Positions 36,704-50,039 of a stretch of 64,000 nucleotides of DNA are shown here, in pieces. This DNA comes from Hypanus sabinus. Lineage: Eukaryota. Location of the stretch: contig NW_026781759.1 of NCBI RefSeq assembly GCF_030144855.1, positions 1 through 64,000 on the forward strand. The letters are read 5' to 3'. The notes beneath the pieces are model-generated. The model made no database searches, had not been told where the DNA came from, and worked only from the letters and a program-made list of their open reading frames with translations. Position 1 is the first letter of the stretch; every line of letters begins with the position of its first letter. The translations under genes and the position numbers were made by a program.

Positions 36704-39050
36704 AGCAATGAGGAAGCGTTAGTTAGCAATCTTTTCCTGCGATGCCCCTTGGGTAAGAGTGACCATAATATGGTGGAATTCTGCATTAAGATGGAGAGTG
36801 ACATAGCTAATTCAGATACAAAAATTCTGAACTTAAAGAAGGGTAACTTTGAAGGTATGAGACGTGAATTAGTTAAGATAGACTGGCAAATGATACTTAA
36901 AGGGTTGACAGTGGATATGCAATGACAAGCATTTAAAGATCGCATGGATGAACTACAACAGTTGTTCATCCCAGTCTGGCAAAAGAATAAATCAGGGAAT
37001 AAACCAGTGCGCCCGTGGCTGACAAGGGAAATTAGTGATAGTACCAAGTCCAAAGAAGAAACCTATTAATTAAAACGCGGCACACCTGATGACTGCGAGA
37101 AATTCAGAGACCAGCAGAGGAGAACAAAGGTCTTAACTAGGAAAAGGAAAAAAAAAAGATTATGAGAGAAAGCTGGCAGGGAACATAAAAACTGACTAAA
37201 AGACTTTATAGCTAAGTGAATAGAAAAAGATTGGTCAAGACAAATGTAGGTCCTTTACAGTCAGAAACAGGCGAATTGATCATAGGGAGCAAATTCATGG
37301 CAGAGCAAATTAAAAACTACTTTGGTTCTGTTTTCACTAAGGAGGACATAAACAATCTTCCGGAAATAGTAAGGGACCGAGGGTCTAGTGAGATGGAGGA
37401 ACTGAGGGAAATACATGTTTGTAAGGAAGTGGTGTTAGGTAAATTGAAGGGATTAAAGGCAGACAAATCCCCAGGGCCAGATGGTCTGCATTCCAGAGTG
37501 CTTAAGGAAGTAGCCCAAGAAATAGTGGCTGCATTAGCGATAATTTTTCTAAACTCCTCATATTCTGGATTAGTTCCTAAGGATTGGAGGGTGGCTTACC
37601 ACACTTTTTAAAAAAGGAGGGAGAGAGAAACCGGGGAATTAATGACCGGTTAGTCTGACATCGGTGGTGCGGAAAATGCTAGAGACGGTTATCAAAGATG
37701 TGATAACAGCACATTTGGAAAGAGGTGAAATCAGCGGACAAAGTCAGCATGGATTTGTGAAAGGAACATCATGTCTGAAGAATCTTATAGAATTTTTTGA
37801 AGATGTAACTAGTAGAGCGGATGGGGAGAGCCAGTGGATGTGGTATATTTAGATATTCAAAAGGCTTTTGACAAGGTCCCACACAGCAGATTAGTGTGCA
37901 AACTTAAAGCACACGGTATTGGGGGTATGGTATTGATGTTGATAGAGAATTGGTTGGAAGTCAGGAAGCAAAGAGTGGGAGTAAACGGGCCCTTTTCAGA
38001 ATGGCAGGCAATGACTCGTGGGGTACCGCAAGGCTCAGTGCTGGGACCCCAGTTGTTTACAATATATATTAATGATATAGACGAGGGAATTAAATGAAGC
38101 ATCTTCAAGTTTCCGGATGACACGAAGCTGTGCGGCGGTGTTAGCTCTGAGGAGGATGCTAAGAGGATGCAGGGTGACTTGGATAGGTTAGGTGAGTGGG
38201 CAAATCATGGCAGATGCAACTTAATGTGGATAAATGTGACGGTATCCACTTTGGTTGCAAGAGCAGGAAAGCAATTATTATCTGACGGTGGCCGATTAGG
38301 AAAATGCTGGTGCAACGAGACCTGGGTGTCATTGTACACGAGTCATTGAATGTGGACATGCAGGTACAGCAGGGGGTGAAAAGGCAAATTGTATGTTGGC
38401 AGTCATAGCAAAAGGACTTGAGTATAGGAGCAGGGAGGTTCTAATGCAGTTGTACAAGGCCTTGGTGAAACCGCGCTTAAAATTATTGTGCGCAGTTTTG
38501 GTCCCCTCATCTGAGGAAAGACATTCTTGCCATAGAGGAAGTACAGAGAAGGTTCGTTCACCAGATTGATTCCTGGGATTGCAGGACTTTCATATGAAGA
38601 AAGACTGGATTGACTCGTTTTATACTCACTGGAATTGAGAAGATTGAGGGGGGATATTATTGAAACGTATAAAATTCTAAAGGGTTTGGAAAGGCTAGAT
38701 GCAGGAAGTTTGTTTCCGATTTTGGGTAAGTCCAGAACGAGGGGTCACAGTTTAAGGATTAAAGGGAAGCCTTTTAGCACCGAGATGAGGAAAAACTTCT
38801 TCACACAGAGAGTGGTGAATCTGTGGAATTCTCAGCCACAGGAAACAGTTGAGGCCGGTTCATTGGCTATATTTAAGATGAAGTTAGATATGGCCCTTGT
38901 GGCTAAAGGGATCAGGGGGTATGGAGAGAAAGCAGGTACAGGGTTCTGAGTTGGATGATCAGCCATGATCATACTGAATGGCGGTCCAGACTCGAAGGGC
39001 CGAATGGCCTACTCCTTGCATCTATTTTTAATGTTTCTATGTTTCTATGA
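36704..39050 (+). mobile_element. CR1-type LINE, ~2.3 kb of ORF2 (frameshifted) with 3' UTR
   Basis: GKSDHNMVEF; KSPGPDGLHSRVLKE; [16 protein letters not shown]; [19 protein letters not shown]; FPDDTKL; RRLRGDIIETYKI; tail ctatgtttctatg. Confidence 0.93.
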
Positions 39051-39329
39051 CTTGAGTGATTGTTACTCCTCATGTTTGTGAAGGATGTAAGAAATAATGT
39101 CAATTCAATTCAATTTAGATCTTTATCATTTTATTTACTTTACAACTAAGAGCTCATGTTTGTTCCACTGTCTGTGGACGCTGCCGGAACTACTGGGAAA
39201 TTCCGGTGTGGTTGTTCTAATAGTTGTGGTATTTTTAGATAATTCCATGTACATACCTCTCTCTGTCTGAACATGTGACTCCTAAATTTTCACCATTTCA
39301 CCAAGAAGCTATACTTTCAGCCTGGAAGC

Positions 39330-39600
39330 GTTATCTCTCTAATCCTTCCCCATCTCAGAGCCTTTTTTACAGATTCAGCAGAGTGAACCAACATCGTCCA
39401 ATTACCCCCGGGTGACCAAATAACCTACTACCATTTATGTCTTCGGAATGTGGGATGAAACCGGAGCACCCGCATGAAATTTACGCGGTCCAGAGTAGAA
39501 CGTTGGAATTCCTTATAAAACTGAACGAGGCTCGCTGGCGATGCCATTCCGTCACGTCAACCGTGCTGCCCCTGAATACTACTCGGCATTGTAAATGTAA
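39330..39600 (-). mobile_element. V-SINE (HE1-like) copy
   Basis: Minus strand contains gcgggtgctccggtttcatcccacattccgaagac (V-domain core). Related copies at 41850-42070 (-), 52280-52420 (+) and 57170-57340 (+). Confidence 0.7.
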
Positions 39601-40103
39601 TTGCATCAGCCACTTCCCGTGTGTAGAGAAGCTTCATCGCATTTTCCCCCTCCTGTTAAACCTATATTTTTCGACAGAACAGATACTGCAGACACTGGAA
39701 AATAAAAGTAGCAGACAAGGTAATGGTTAGGGAGCCGGTCATGGAGGCCGGTGTGACCGTCGGTGTAGGAGGGGATTACGGATTCGGGGAGGGATATAGG
39801 GGAGGGAAAATAACTGAAACGGGGCCTATGTACGAGAGGGAGGGTCTGACGGAGATGGTGAGCAGCGTATTGGAGGGGGAGATCACAATAACCGGGCTAT
39901 GTAGGGGAGGGAGAGGTTACTGAGAAGCGGAGGCTTGCAGGGGATAGATGGAATGGCAGGGACAGGGATGTATGTAAGGGAGGACGAGGGTAATGGAGAT
40001 CGAAATAGGCGTAGAGAAGTGAGTGTTGACGGAGAATGGGAGGGGCGACCTCTGAGTTGACTCAAGACAGTTGAACACCCTTTTCGGACCAAACTGTAAT
40101 TAG

Positions 40104-40400
40104 TGGCCCTTCGCTACTTAATCAATGCATTCTTCCCCCTCGATTGGAGCTGGCGGGAAGACGCACTTCGCATGCACGCTGGTACTGGTAGAGAATGTGT
40201 GGGCACTGGATCTCTTATTAACCTCCGCTGGGCAAGTCTCCATCAGCACCTACACGCCTGTCGGATACACGGCCAAGATGTTCAGTGATACGTGCTTGTC
40301 ACAGGAAATGAAGGAACCCTCGCCCTCTCAATCGGCCGTCCTCTTCTGCGCTTGCTGTACCTCGCAGAGCTTCAAGAGGTGGACCTCCCTTAGAAAACCG
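40104..40400 (+). pseudogene. TRBV: psi-V (C-x-C family), internally deleted
   Basis: SIGAGGKTHFACTL, CDR1 deleted, TAC TGG TAG stop, ..SPSQSAVLFCACCT. Heptamer CGCAGAG (40363-40369) and degenerate nonamer. Homologous to 61048-61341. Confidence 0.78.
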
Positions 40401-43400
40401 TTCCCCAACTTGGACGATGGAGGTGAGACTGATCCCCGACAAACGCCGTGGTAACTCTGTTTCCTCGGCTGTATTGAAGTACATTTGTTCTTCCTCGAGG
40501 TGGCAGCACATGTAATATATCGGGCTCACGTCTTCCACGATTGTGTCACAGTGACAGATCCAGGACTGGCCTGCTTTTGTCAACTGGAAGAAGTGATGAC
40601 GTATTTCTATTAATTCTAAAATGATTTCTTTTAAAATTCCTGGATAAATTGTTATCTTTTACTTTCTTTGGGATACAGCAATCCTACCAGCCCAACGGAT
40701 ACGCGCAGGACAATTTCTCCCATGTGACCATTTGATTAATCAACTCTTACGTCTTTGCACTATGGAAGGAAATCGAACGACACTGAGGAGACCCACGCAG
40801 TTATGGAGAAAGCAGAACGAAACGCGGGCTCATGTCGCTGACAGGACGCAGAGAAAGAGATAGACAGATGGAGAGAGACAGTGAAAGTGAGAAAGAGAGA
40901 GGGACAGTGACACCGGATGTTACTAGAAAATGTTATTTAATGTCGTAGAGAGCGAGGGACAGAGAGAGAGAGAGATAGACACAGACAGACAGACAGACAC
41001 GACAGACAGAGAGACGGAGAGTAAAAGGGTAATAACAAATCACTTTTCATGAGTTCATGAATCTTCATAAATCTGCTGGAGCGGTGTATGAAGCTGTTCC
41101 GGAATCGTTAAGTACGGGTCTTCGGTCTTCTCTACCTGCTGCCCGATGTTGGCAAGGAGACGAAGACATGACCCTGATGGCGCGGGTTCTCAGTGCTGGT
41201 GGGCGCGATGCTCATCTCCCAACAATATCCAGACTATTGGGGATGATTGAGTCCCTGCTGAGGCTGGCTTTTTCCACAGCTCTCGCTGGGCTCTTGCTGG
41301 ATGCACCGAGTGAGTTGATTCTACAACCCTCTACAGACTCTTGACATCCTGTGATTTGGAGCCTCAAAACAAGCGGCGTTGACATTCGAAATCACATCAA
41401 ACTTCTAACATGGTAAAACCGCTGTCTCGTGTTGTTGCACTGTCCATCCCACCCACCCAGCTTCCACTCCCCCCTTGCGTTATCAGTTTATCAAGCATCT
41501 ACCATTCATCCTTTCTGCTCGGATCACTTCATGCACACTGGATAAGTGGGCGGTGAGAGTTGTTTGCTGACGTTTGCACACGTGACCGTTCTGTTAATCG
41601 TTGTTTGCACACGCCTTGTAAACTGCTGGTTGCTATTGTGTTGTCTGTAATGATCCTGCCCTGTGCTTTATGCTTGGCATTGAATCACAATCAATCCTGG
41701 AATGTTTCACAGACGGGTAATAAACTGATTCAGATGTACTTGTGCACAACTGAACTTTGATCTTGACTCCAAATAAGAGTCTGAAAATTCTTAACGTCGC
41801 ACCATCCCCTCGTACTTTAATATGATTTATTTATCTAGAATTACATCGTGCAACTGGCCCTTCCGACCGAACGAGCCGGGTGGCCCGTCTAGCTTAACCA
41901 CAGGACAATAGAATGACCAATCAACCTACCAAACGGTCCGCCTTCGGGAGGTGGGAGGAAACCAACGTGGTTCACGTGGAGAAAGTACAAAATCTCACAG
42001 ATGCCGTCTGAAATTCACCATGAACTCAGGACGAGCTGTAATGGTGTCGCGCTAACAGCTACTCTGCTGTTCTCTTATTAATTTCAAAGAGGGGATCTCC
42101 CGTACTAAATTGTTGTTTAATATCAAGTGAGTTTATTGCAAACCAGTAAGATGTGCAATTTGCTATAAATTGCCGCAGGGGTTATCGCTGAGATGATCCC
42201 CGTATGGATACGGAGTGCCCCCTGTTTCCACTGCAGCACCTGGACATCGGGTCTCCATCGTTCCGATTCTGCTCACATTCCTCCAATCAGAGACATAGGA
42301 GTAAAACAGCCAATCACATGACGAGAGTCGTAATAAAGGGGCTGGTGGCATATAGTCTGCCATCTTACTTGAAGATGAAACAACAAATGTCGACTGAGCG
42401 ATTGATACTGCTAATCGCGACGGTGCTTTTCGTTCAGCGTAAGAATGTTTGCAAAGATTTAATTTGCTTATCGTTTGTTCGCTTCATTTAAGGAGTTCAG
42501 ATGCATGAACCAAGGGTCATTGTCCATGGCGAGAGACGTAGGACAGATGAAATTTAGTGTCCGTCCATATTGAGATTCAAAAGTGGCCATGGAAGCGAGA
42601 AGGATCTTTAGCAGTTGAAGTTGTAAAGGTAAATATCTGAAATTCAGAGTGCAAGGGTGCATTTTTTTTATTTATGTCGAGGCAACTTTTGAAATAGTGT
42701 GACAATTCTTCTCGCCGCATTTGTAGGAATAATCCAATGTACTGTTGTAGTTTTTTAAATTTTGTTTTATTTATTTTTTTGTTTTTGTGAACGGATTCCC
42801 AATATGTTGTCACGAAACTGGTTAGCTTTAATTAGATGTTAGACAAGCAGTGGATTCGGCGGTGGAAGGATAGTGATTGAGGTCTGTAAACTTATCAGGC
42901 GGACAACCACAGTGAGTGCGGAGATGTCAGAGGGCCGGAGTTTAAAGGGAGAGAGGGAATGTTAAAAGGAGATTTCCATGTCCACTTTTGTAATCACAGT
43001 GGGTGTTTGAAGGTGACTTTGAAGAATTATTTAGATAGACCCGTGAATAGAGAGACAAGAAAGGGCCATGGAACACGTGCCGGCAGACTCGATTACGTAG
43101 ACTGGCATCAGGCTTTTTCTTGCTCTGCACTGTTCCATCTTGAGTGCACGGTGCGAATCTGGCACAGGGAGAGATATGGAGACGGGAACTCTGCACCGTG
43201 CTCCTGACGTTTGGAACTGGGCCAGGCAGGGCTGGGGGAGGATACGCAGACTGGAACATTGCACACAGTTCTTTCCAATTCTACAATGTCTTGTCTCTTT
43301 ATGTCTTCTTTGCCAAATTTACTACCCATCTTTCCGAACCCTGTGGATCCTTTTTCCCCACCGCGCCGAAACTGTCTCTCCACACCCCACCGTCCGACAC

Positions 43401-43443
43401 TGCCTGTTCACTGATACATCTCTTCCCCGACATCCTTCCACAG

Positions 43444-43739
43444 CGGCGAACTCGCAGACAATCCGGCAGACTCCAGTGGCCTACAGCGGCTCTCCAGGAG
43501 ACACCGTGACACTGAGATGCACTCTGACGGGCAGCGGCACCTTTAGTATGTTCTGGTACCGGCAGCGGGCGGGAGAGCAGCTTCGGAACCTGTTTTATTC
43601 CGTGGGCCCGGGGGCGGTTACTCCGCCGGAGGCTGTCGATGGATTCACCGCCGTGCAGGCCGAAGAAACGCTGTTCCTCCTGAACCTCTCCGAGCTGCAA
43701 GTCAGTCACTCGGTCTTGCTTCTCTGCGCCTGGAGTACT
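43444..43739 (+). CDS. TRBV: V11: open CAWS-family V exon with defective leader (ORF/probable pseudogene)
   Basis: ANSQTIRQTP..LRC..MFWYRQRAG..LFYSVGPG..HSVLLLCAWST lacks Tyr102. The putative leader at about 43114-43150 (ends CACG|GTGCGA) has no ATG and an in-frame TGA. Confidence 0.8.
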
Positions 43740-43778
43740 CACAGCGACGCCGACAGATACAGGAGCGCGACAAAAAAA
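43740..43778 (+). other. 23-RSS of V11
   Basis: CACAGCG + 23 nt + ACAAAAAAA. Confidence 0.9.
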
Positions 43779-44569
43779 AACCCCAGAAGCGAGAGAGTCA
43801 GCGGAGCGGAAGCCAGCTGGAGGGCTGTAAGATTATTCGCAACATGGAGAAGTGAAACTTAATTTCGAGAAGCAACATCCCGTGGCTGAGTTTCTTGCCA
43901 TCCGCCCAAAATCGTCTCTGCACATGCGCAGTGAAAAAGGAATTTCCAGCGGCATCAGAGACACAAGACTCACCAGAAATAAAAGTCAATTAAACTGTAA
44001 TTATACACAATCCATGCAGTTCACAACACATTTGAAAAAAACGAAAGAATACGGAGTCCATTGCTTGACAAATTGTTCCATTCGTGCCGGTCTGTTTGCC
44101 GAATGGTTGAAGGGAAGTCATTGTTCCTGAACCTAATCCTGTGAGGACTTTCATCTTCTCTACCTCCTGTCCGATGGGGACTGCGAGAGGATGGCGTGGT
44201 GCAGACGTGGGGTCCTGCTGTGCGTGCTAATTGCAAACCAGAAGCAAATGCAACGGGGGACGCCTCCGCACGTTTGCCAGGGTTCTGAGAAAGTAAAATG
44301 GCTGACGCGGATTCGTGGCCATTCCCTCACTGGCGAGAGACTGTCTGGACCCAAGTGCTGGAGGATCCGAGGCTTGAATCACGAGGTGTGACTGAAACGG
44401 GAACAGACAACTAAACAAGAGGCTGGACGACAAAACAAGCAGTGGTGACGATTGGTTACCAGATATCCTGAAGTTGAGAAAGACGTTGGAGAGCCCTAAT
44501 TTACAGTTTTGTAAATTTACAGTTTTCTGTACCGACTCCTTTATATACCTGCGGAACGACCTATGCGCG

Positions 44570-45420
44570 TTTGAAAGTAAAATATACAAGAACGTCCCCG
44601 GGACTCCAGGGCCCCAGTTATAAGGAAAGATTGAATAGGTTTGGAGTTTATTGCTTGGAATGCAGAAAGCTGAGGGGGGATTTGATAGAGGTAGACACAA
44701 TTATGAGGATGAGGAGAAGTAGTAATAATAGTCGTAGCCGCAGATCCCAGGGGATCACTGGTTCGCTTCTCTGGCGAACTGCATCCACTCCAGGGCGCAA
44801 ACCTGGGCGGGAGGATTTGAAGAACCGGCAGTTGTCCATGCAGCGGCTTCGTCACGTCTCTGATGTAGTAACAGGGAAGGGCAAGCGCCGCTACAGCTTG
44901 ACAGCAGTTGTCGTCATACAGGTTGCCAGAGTCAAGCTGCAAACAACATCAAACTTCCTTAGGGACGCCGGCTCCGGATTTCTTCCTCGGAGCTTACCCC
45001 CGAAGCCTTTCCCACGGGTGCGCATGGCCGGAAGGCAGCGGAGGTGTAAAATCAGAGTGTTCCTTCTCCTCGGCGGGCTCCGGTCCAAGACTCTCGAGCG
45101 CCACCTGGCCGTGTATGAGGGATATAGCTAGAGTAAATGCAAGCAGGCCTTTACACAGAGGCTGGATGGGGCAACGTGAGGAAATGCGCTGAGGGTGAGA
45201 GTCGAAATGCTTAAGCGGAGCATGAGAGGAAGCGTCTTCAGTCAGGGGCTGAGGAAGTACCAGCGCACAAATGGTACATGAGATTCCGATATCAGCGTTT
45301 CGGAGAAGTTGCTTTTGGTTCATGTGTGGCAGAGCTATGGAGGGCATCTGATCCGGGGATTGGTCAATGATATTGGGCAGTTTAAATAGTTCGGCACAGC
45401 TATATAGGCCGAAGAGTTTG
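44570..45420 (+). mobile_element. CR1 3' fragment interrupted by a nested insertion
   Basis: YKERLNRFGVYCLECRKLRGDLIEV, resuming after 45113 with tatgagggatatagctagagtaaatgcaagcagg. Confidence 0.8.
44709..45113 (-). mobile_element. Unclassified ~405-bp retroposon-like insert with 7-bp target-site duplication
   Basis: Flanked by TATGAGG at 44702-44708 and 45114-45120. Low-complexity actattattactact tail at its minus-strand 3' end. Confidence 0.65.
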
Positions 45421-46529
45421 TTTCTGTGCCCTACCTTTCTGTGACTTTAACCTCGATTCGAAGGGCCAGTTCATGTGCTGTGGTGTTCTGCCTTCGACCT
45501 TCTGTGATCCACGGAGATCCCCACCCTCTTGTCAGATTCCAGTCTCCGCTGTCAGACAGGACAACAGAGTGTGTAGTGGAAACTTGCAACGACAGAATTC
45601 GCTTAAGAAATTAATAGTATTTGAATAAACTTGGGTTTGGTGAGTGTTTCCTCCACAGCGACGGTCTCGATCCACGGACCAGCTTTGAATGGGTTCCACC
45701 AATTCTGAGAGAGAGACCGGATGCTAATTGACACCTCCAGCAGAGGCACGTCCTGCTGAGATAGCAGTCTCTGTTCCGTTATCGGCGAAATGAACGAACA
45801 TAAGTGCAGGAATCCCTATTCTAGCTCCCGGCACCAAGTCCGAAATGGTCGCTGTTTTGCCTCAGGGAGATGGAGGGGAGTTGCGCCGGTGGTGCGTTGG
45901 GTCAACTGCTCCCGCAACATCTTACGTTTTCGCCCCGTAGAAAAGTCCTACCAGACCGGGGTACCACCAGTATAGAAGATAATTAACTACGTGCTCAGAC
46001 ATAATAAAAATCGTTAGTTTGCGTGCCATGCAGACACATCAGCCCATGTATAAACATATCCGTGGATGTATCATGGCCGGTTAAAGCACGGCTCAGCACA
46101 TCAGGAGGTACAGCCTGCCCTCCACAGACTCTACCTATACATCCCATAGCCTCGGGAAAGCAGCCGGCCAATTCTCGTATCATTTCAGCCCAATATTTCC
46201 TTCCACCTCCCGTCGGGAAGAAAACACAAATGTTTCACAGTCCGCACTCACCGCTCAAACTGGGCAGGGTCTCACACGTTATTCTCGACCTGCAATCCAG
46301 TTCCTTATTTTCATGTATCATGTTACGACCTCAATGCTTTGATCTGCATGAACGATATGCAAGTCAAGTGAATTGCCAAATGCTCTCTTCTAAGCCAGAC
46401 CCCCTTCCTGCCCTGCACCGCCATCCACAACTCCAGATCCCAACTCCGAACGTCCCGTTCGTCAACCCCATCCTCACCTTCCACCAATTCCCCAGTTCAC
46501 CAAATCTACTGAGCAGGTGATAAGGTCTC

Positions 46530-46930
46530 TGGGGAGACTCGGACGGGGCAAAGCATTGTGTTCTCAAGTTGTGAACTCCAAGGTCCTGAGGGAACCTGCT
46601 CAGCGGCTGTGTGGAGATCCCCAGCGCATTTCCAACTTGACCCCCAGGGTTGTAAGCGTGGAAACATCATGTTTGGTCACAGTAGCCAAGAACGGCCAAC
46701 TTAAAGTCTCGAATGACTACCGTCCAGTGGCCGTGAACTGTCAAATCGTGAAGACACTGGCGAGGCTGATCCTGTCTCACCTCCGACCGTGGCCAGATCA
46801 GCCCTCGACCCCCTGCAGCTTGCCAGCCAAGAACGGATTCGTGTTGAGGAGACCGTCATGATCTGCAGAACAGAGCCTACTGCCTCTTGGACAATCAGGG
46901 CAGCAATGTGAGGATCATGCTTTTTTATTA
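46530..46930 (+). mobile_element. Rex1/Babar RT N-terminal fragment (degraded)
   Basis: VLREPAQRLCG..SNDYRPVAVNCQIVKTLARLILSHL. Confidence 0.7.
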
Positions 46931-47323
46931 TTATTATTTGTTTACACAAGTGCTTTCGATACCCGGTGGGAAGCCACGCGTTCACCAGGAGAGCCAATAA
47001 ACTCCTTTACAGCCAGCGGCGGGATTTGAACCCGGGTCGCTGGCGCTGAACGCTGAAAATATTGCAATGTAAATTTCTATTAACTAAAGCTAGTCAAACT
47101 TTCAGTGTACTGGATTGCGACAGAACAAAAAAAGAAAAGCGATTGACATGTCGTTTATACTGTATTCATCCGCCAATAAAGAGTCGAATTGTAGGTGGAG
47201 GGTGGATCTTTCTGTTCAAATGGGCTGGCATCTCTTCCTGGCTCTCTCTGCCTTTACAAATGTGATAAACGGCAGCTGAGCACAAGACTCGCTCATTATC
47301 TGAAGGAACGTTTCTGAACAGGG

Positions 47324-48092
47324 ATGTTTGTGTTCCTCGGACTGATGATCTGGGCCCACGGTAAGCAATTTCCTGCGCCTACAAACTTGATTATCACTTT
47401 TGTTCTCATCTTTACCCTTTCCTTCTTTATATCCTGATCCACTTTTCGCCCGTCTGTGTTCATCTTCTAATTTCTTTCTAAATTAATTATCCTCCTTTTA
47501 CAATCCGTCCATCTTTCTCCTGCTACAGACTGCGAGCCTCAGGTTCACTCTTCCTGCCCAAATCTCGTTCTCTTCCTCACTTCCTCCTTGCAGTCTTTGC
47601 ACCTATATTTTCGTTCATAGACGATTTACCCTCTTTCTCAAAATTTCCTTTTAATTCCCTCTATTTTTCTTTATTTCCCAGCTGCTTTTCCATTTCTTTC
47701 TAATGTTCCACTGTTTTTAATCATTTCCTTTCCTCTTACGTTTCCAGAGCTACACTGATCACCTGCACAACCGACCTCCCCCACACCCTCAGATCTCCAC
47801 CAGCATCATTAACCGTGCTCCTCTCCCCGTCTCTTTTCCAAAGGTCAGCTCGCAGACGATCGCCCAGATACCGGCCGTGCTCCCGAGATCCCCCGGCGGG
47901 AACGTGACGATGACGTGCACGGTGAAAGGCACGAGAGCTAGCCCTTACATGTACTGGTACAGACAGCTCCCGGGGAAAGAGCTGGAGAACCTGTTTTACT
48001 CCGCTGTTGCTGGCGCTGTCAATTCCTATGAGCCCGTCGACGGTTTCACCGCCAAGAGACCGGACGAAATGACCCTCACTCTGAGGAGTCTA
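47324..48092 (+). pseudogene. TRBV: psi-V12: V pseudogene with FR3 deletion (no Cys104) and mutated acceptor; leader 47324-47360, exon about 47842-48092
   Basis: Leader MFVFLGLMIWAH with GTAAGC donor; acceptor CCAG>CCAA. VSSQTIAQIP..MTC..MYWYRQLPG..GFTAKRPDEMTLTL runs directly into RSL + RSS. Confidence 0.88.
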
Positions 48093-48131
48093 CACAGTGG
48101 CTCAGAGAGAGGGACACTCCCAACAGAAACC
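48093..48131 (+). other. 23-RSS of psi-V12
   Basis: CACAGTG + 23 nt + ACAGAAACC. Confidence 0.92.
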
Positions 48132-48639
48132 TGCTGACAACGCCGGGGAGCGGCTGGTGGTGGAAGGTAGAATGGCAGCTCGCTTCACCGACAAAAGACA
48201 AAGACAAAGTGGAGTTTAAAGTCACATGCACTTACACTCAGTAGCCACACTGAGATGTTCACCTTCCCACCCGTACATTAAGACAAATATCTAATTAGCT
48301 AGATTAGAGTGCGAGGTCAACAGCTCGTTTTATCGGACCTGCGGACCACTCAATGGCCATAGTCTTTTAGTGCGAGGTAGAATCTGCCCTTGAGCCCGGT
48401 GGCATGGGATAGGATCGTAGGATCTTAATCAGTGAGGGCGTCAAAGTTTACGGAGAGAAGATGGAAGGTGAGACCTGTACCAGAGAGACGGATTACACCT
48501 GAACTACAGAGGGATGAACATCCTTGCAGGGAGGTTTGTTAGTGCTGTGGAAGGGGGTTTAAACTAGTTTTGCAGGGGGATGGGAACCCGAACAATGCAT
48601 AGTCTGTTCACGTTCCAAAGCCTTCCAGTTTCCTCTTTC

Positions 48640-49270
48640 AAATCGGCACATTTCTGCTGATTTTCCATGTACTGAGTTCTGTACGTTTTGTGTGATAAAA
48701 GGAAAACTTTTGTTGGAAGGCTGACGAACATTTGCCAATCAGATTTCTACAGTGACCATAAAACAAAACTAATTCAATGATCCGATATTAATAATTTAAT
48801 ACCTCGAAAACGCACGAAGCAAAATTGAAAAAAAAAACCTGATGCACTCGAGCTAGCTTTTGTTAAAGCGAGCCTAGTACTGAAGGGGGCATTTAGAATC
48901 TATAAAACATACAGGTAAAAGGGATGAGGTCATAACTTCATCATCGAAAATGGGTTTCAACGCACCACGCGAGCGCATGTAATTGTAATATGAAGTACAC
49001 ACCACTGAACATAAATAAGATCATTACACAGAGAGATCAAGATAAAGTTAACCATTGAAAGAATATGACGCTCCATTGAAAACATCCCTAGGTTTACCTG
49101 TCTGAGAATGATGATGCTGATGATTATTAACCTTTGTATTATTATTGTAAGGTGTCCTTGTACCGAGAATTAAACAAATGCAATCTGCAACCACGGAGCA
49201 TATGATCCCCATTTTGACAACAGACAGTGCTCTATGAACATGAAACCGGTCGGTGAAAAACATTAAATAT
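48640..49270 (-). repeat. Inverted duplicate of about 19310-19950
   Basis: Shared gataaagttaaccattgaaaga..ctccattgaa..tctgagaatgatgatgctgatg in reverse complement. Confidence 0.82.
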
Positions 49271-50039
49271 TACCTTTCAGTCAGGAAAGCGAAACAAGGC
49301 CAGTTTTCTTTCCTACAAACCCATATGCACCGCACTCAAAATGCTGCAGGATTCAGCATCTGAGGCAGGATCAGTGCGATATTTCATCAGGACTGGAGAG
49401 AAAGTGTGAGGAAGGCAGAACCAGAAGGTTGGGGAAGGAAGTGACAACGACCTCGAATTTGAATGGTACAACCACGTGAGTGGAAGGGATGTGGGTGGGG
49501 GAAGCGGTGCAGTAGGATGCTGGGAGCTGCAAAGTGGAAAGACTAATGGCCTGAAGAAGTGAGCTGATAGAAGAATGGAACATCATATAAACGGCAGGAA
49601 AATGAACAGATGAGGGAGGTGATGGGGAGGCAACGGGAAAAGAACAGGTGTGAAAAGAGTTATAAAGGGGTAATGAAAGAACCAAGAAGTACCGGATGTT
49701 TAAGAAACCTCTCTTCGTACAGTCAGGCTAGATGCGAGACAGGCGGAATATAGGGATTGCCCCCAAAACGGCTGAAAGACCTTATATCGGCAACAGACGA
49801 TGCTATGGACTGACATGACGAAATGGTAAGAGGCATTGGATTTAATATTAGTCTTCTTCGCAATTGTGTTATAAGTTGATGGCGTGGTACCCCTTAAACG
49901 CAAACTCAATTCCTGAAACTGAATGCTCACAGCGGTTCGATATAGCATTCGTCCATTCCCTTTCAGTTGGGCGGGTGCAGACGAACGTGGCCGCAAATGG
50001 TGGGGGAGAGGCGCTTAGGGCGTATATGGAAATCTCTAG

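Noticed and set aside
42908-42914. Perfect CACAGTG heptamer
   Set aside because: No nonamer at 12 or 23 nt and no coding segment 5' of it; it lies in the upstream region of V11.
44571-45131. 186-aa ORF as a novel gene
   Set aside because: Chimeric read-through of CR1 RT into the nested insert.
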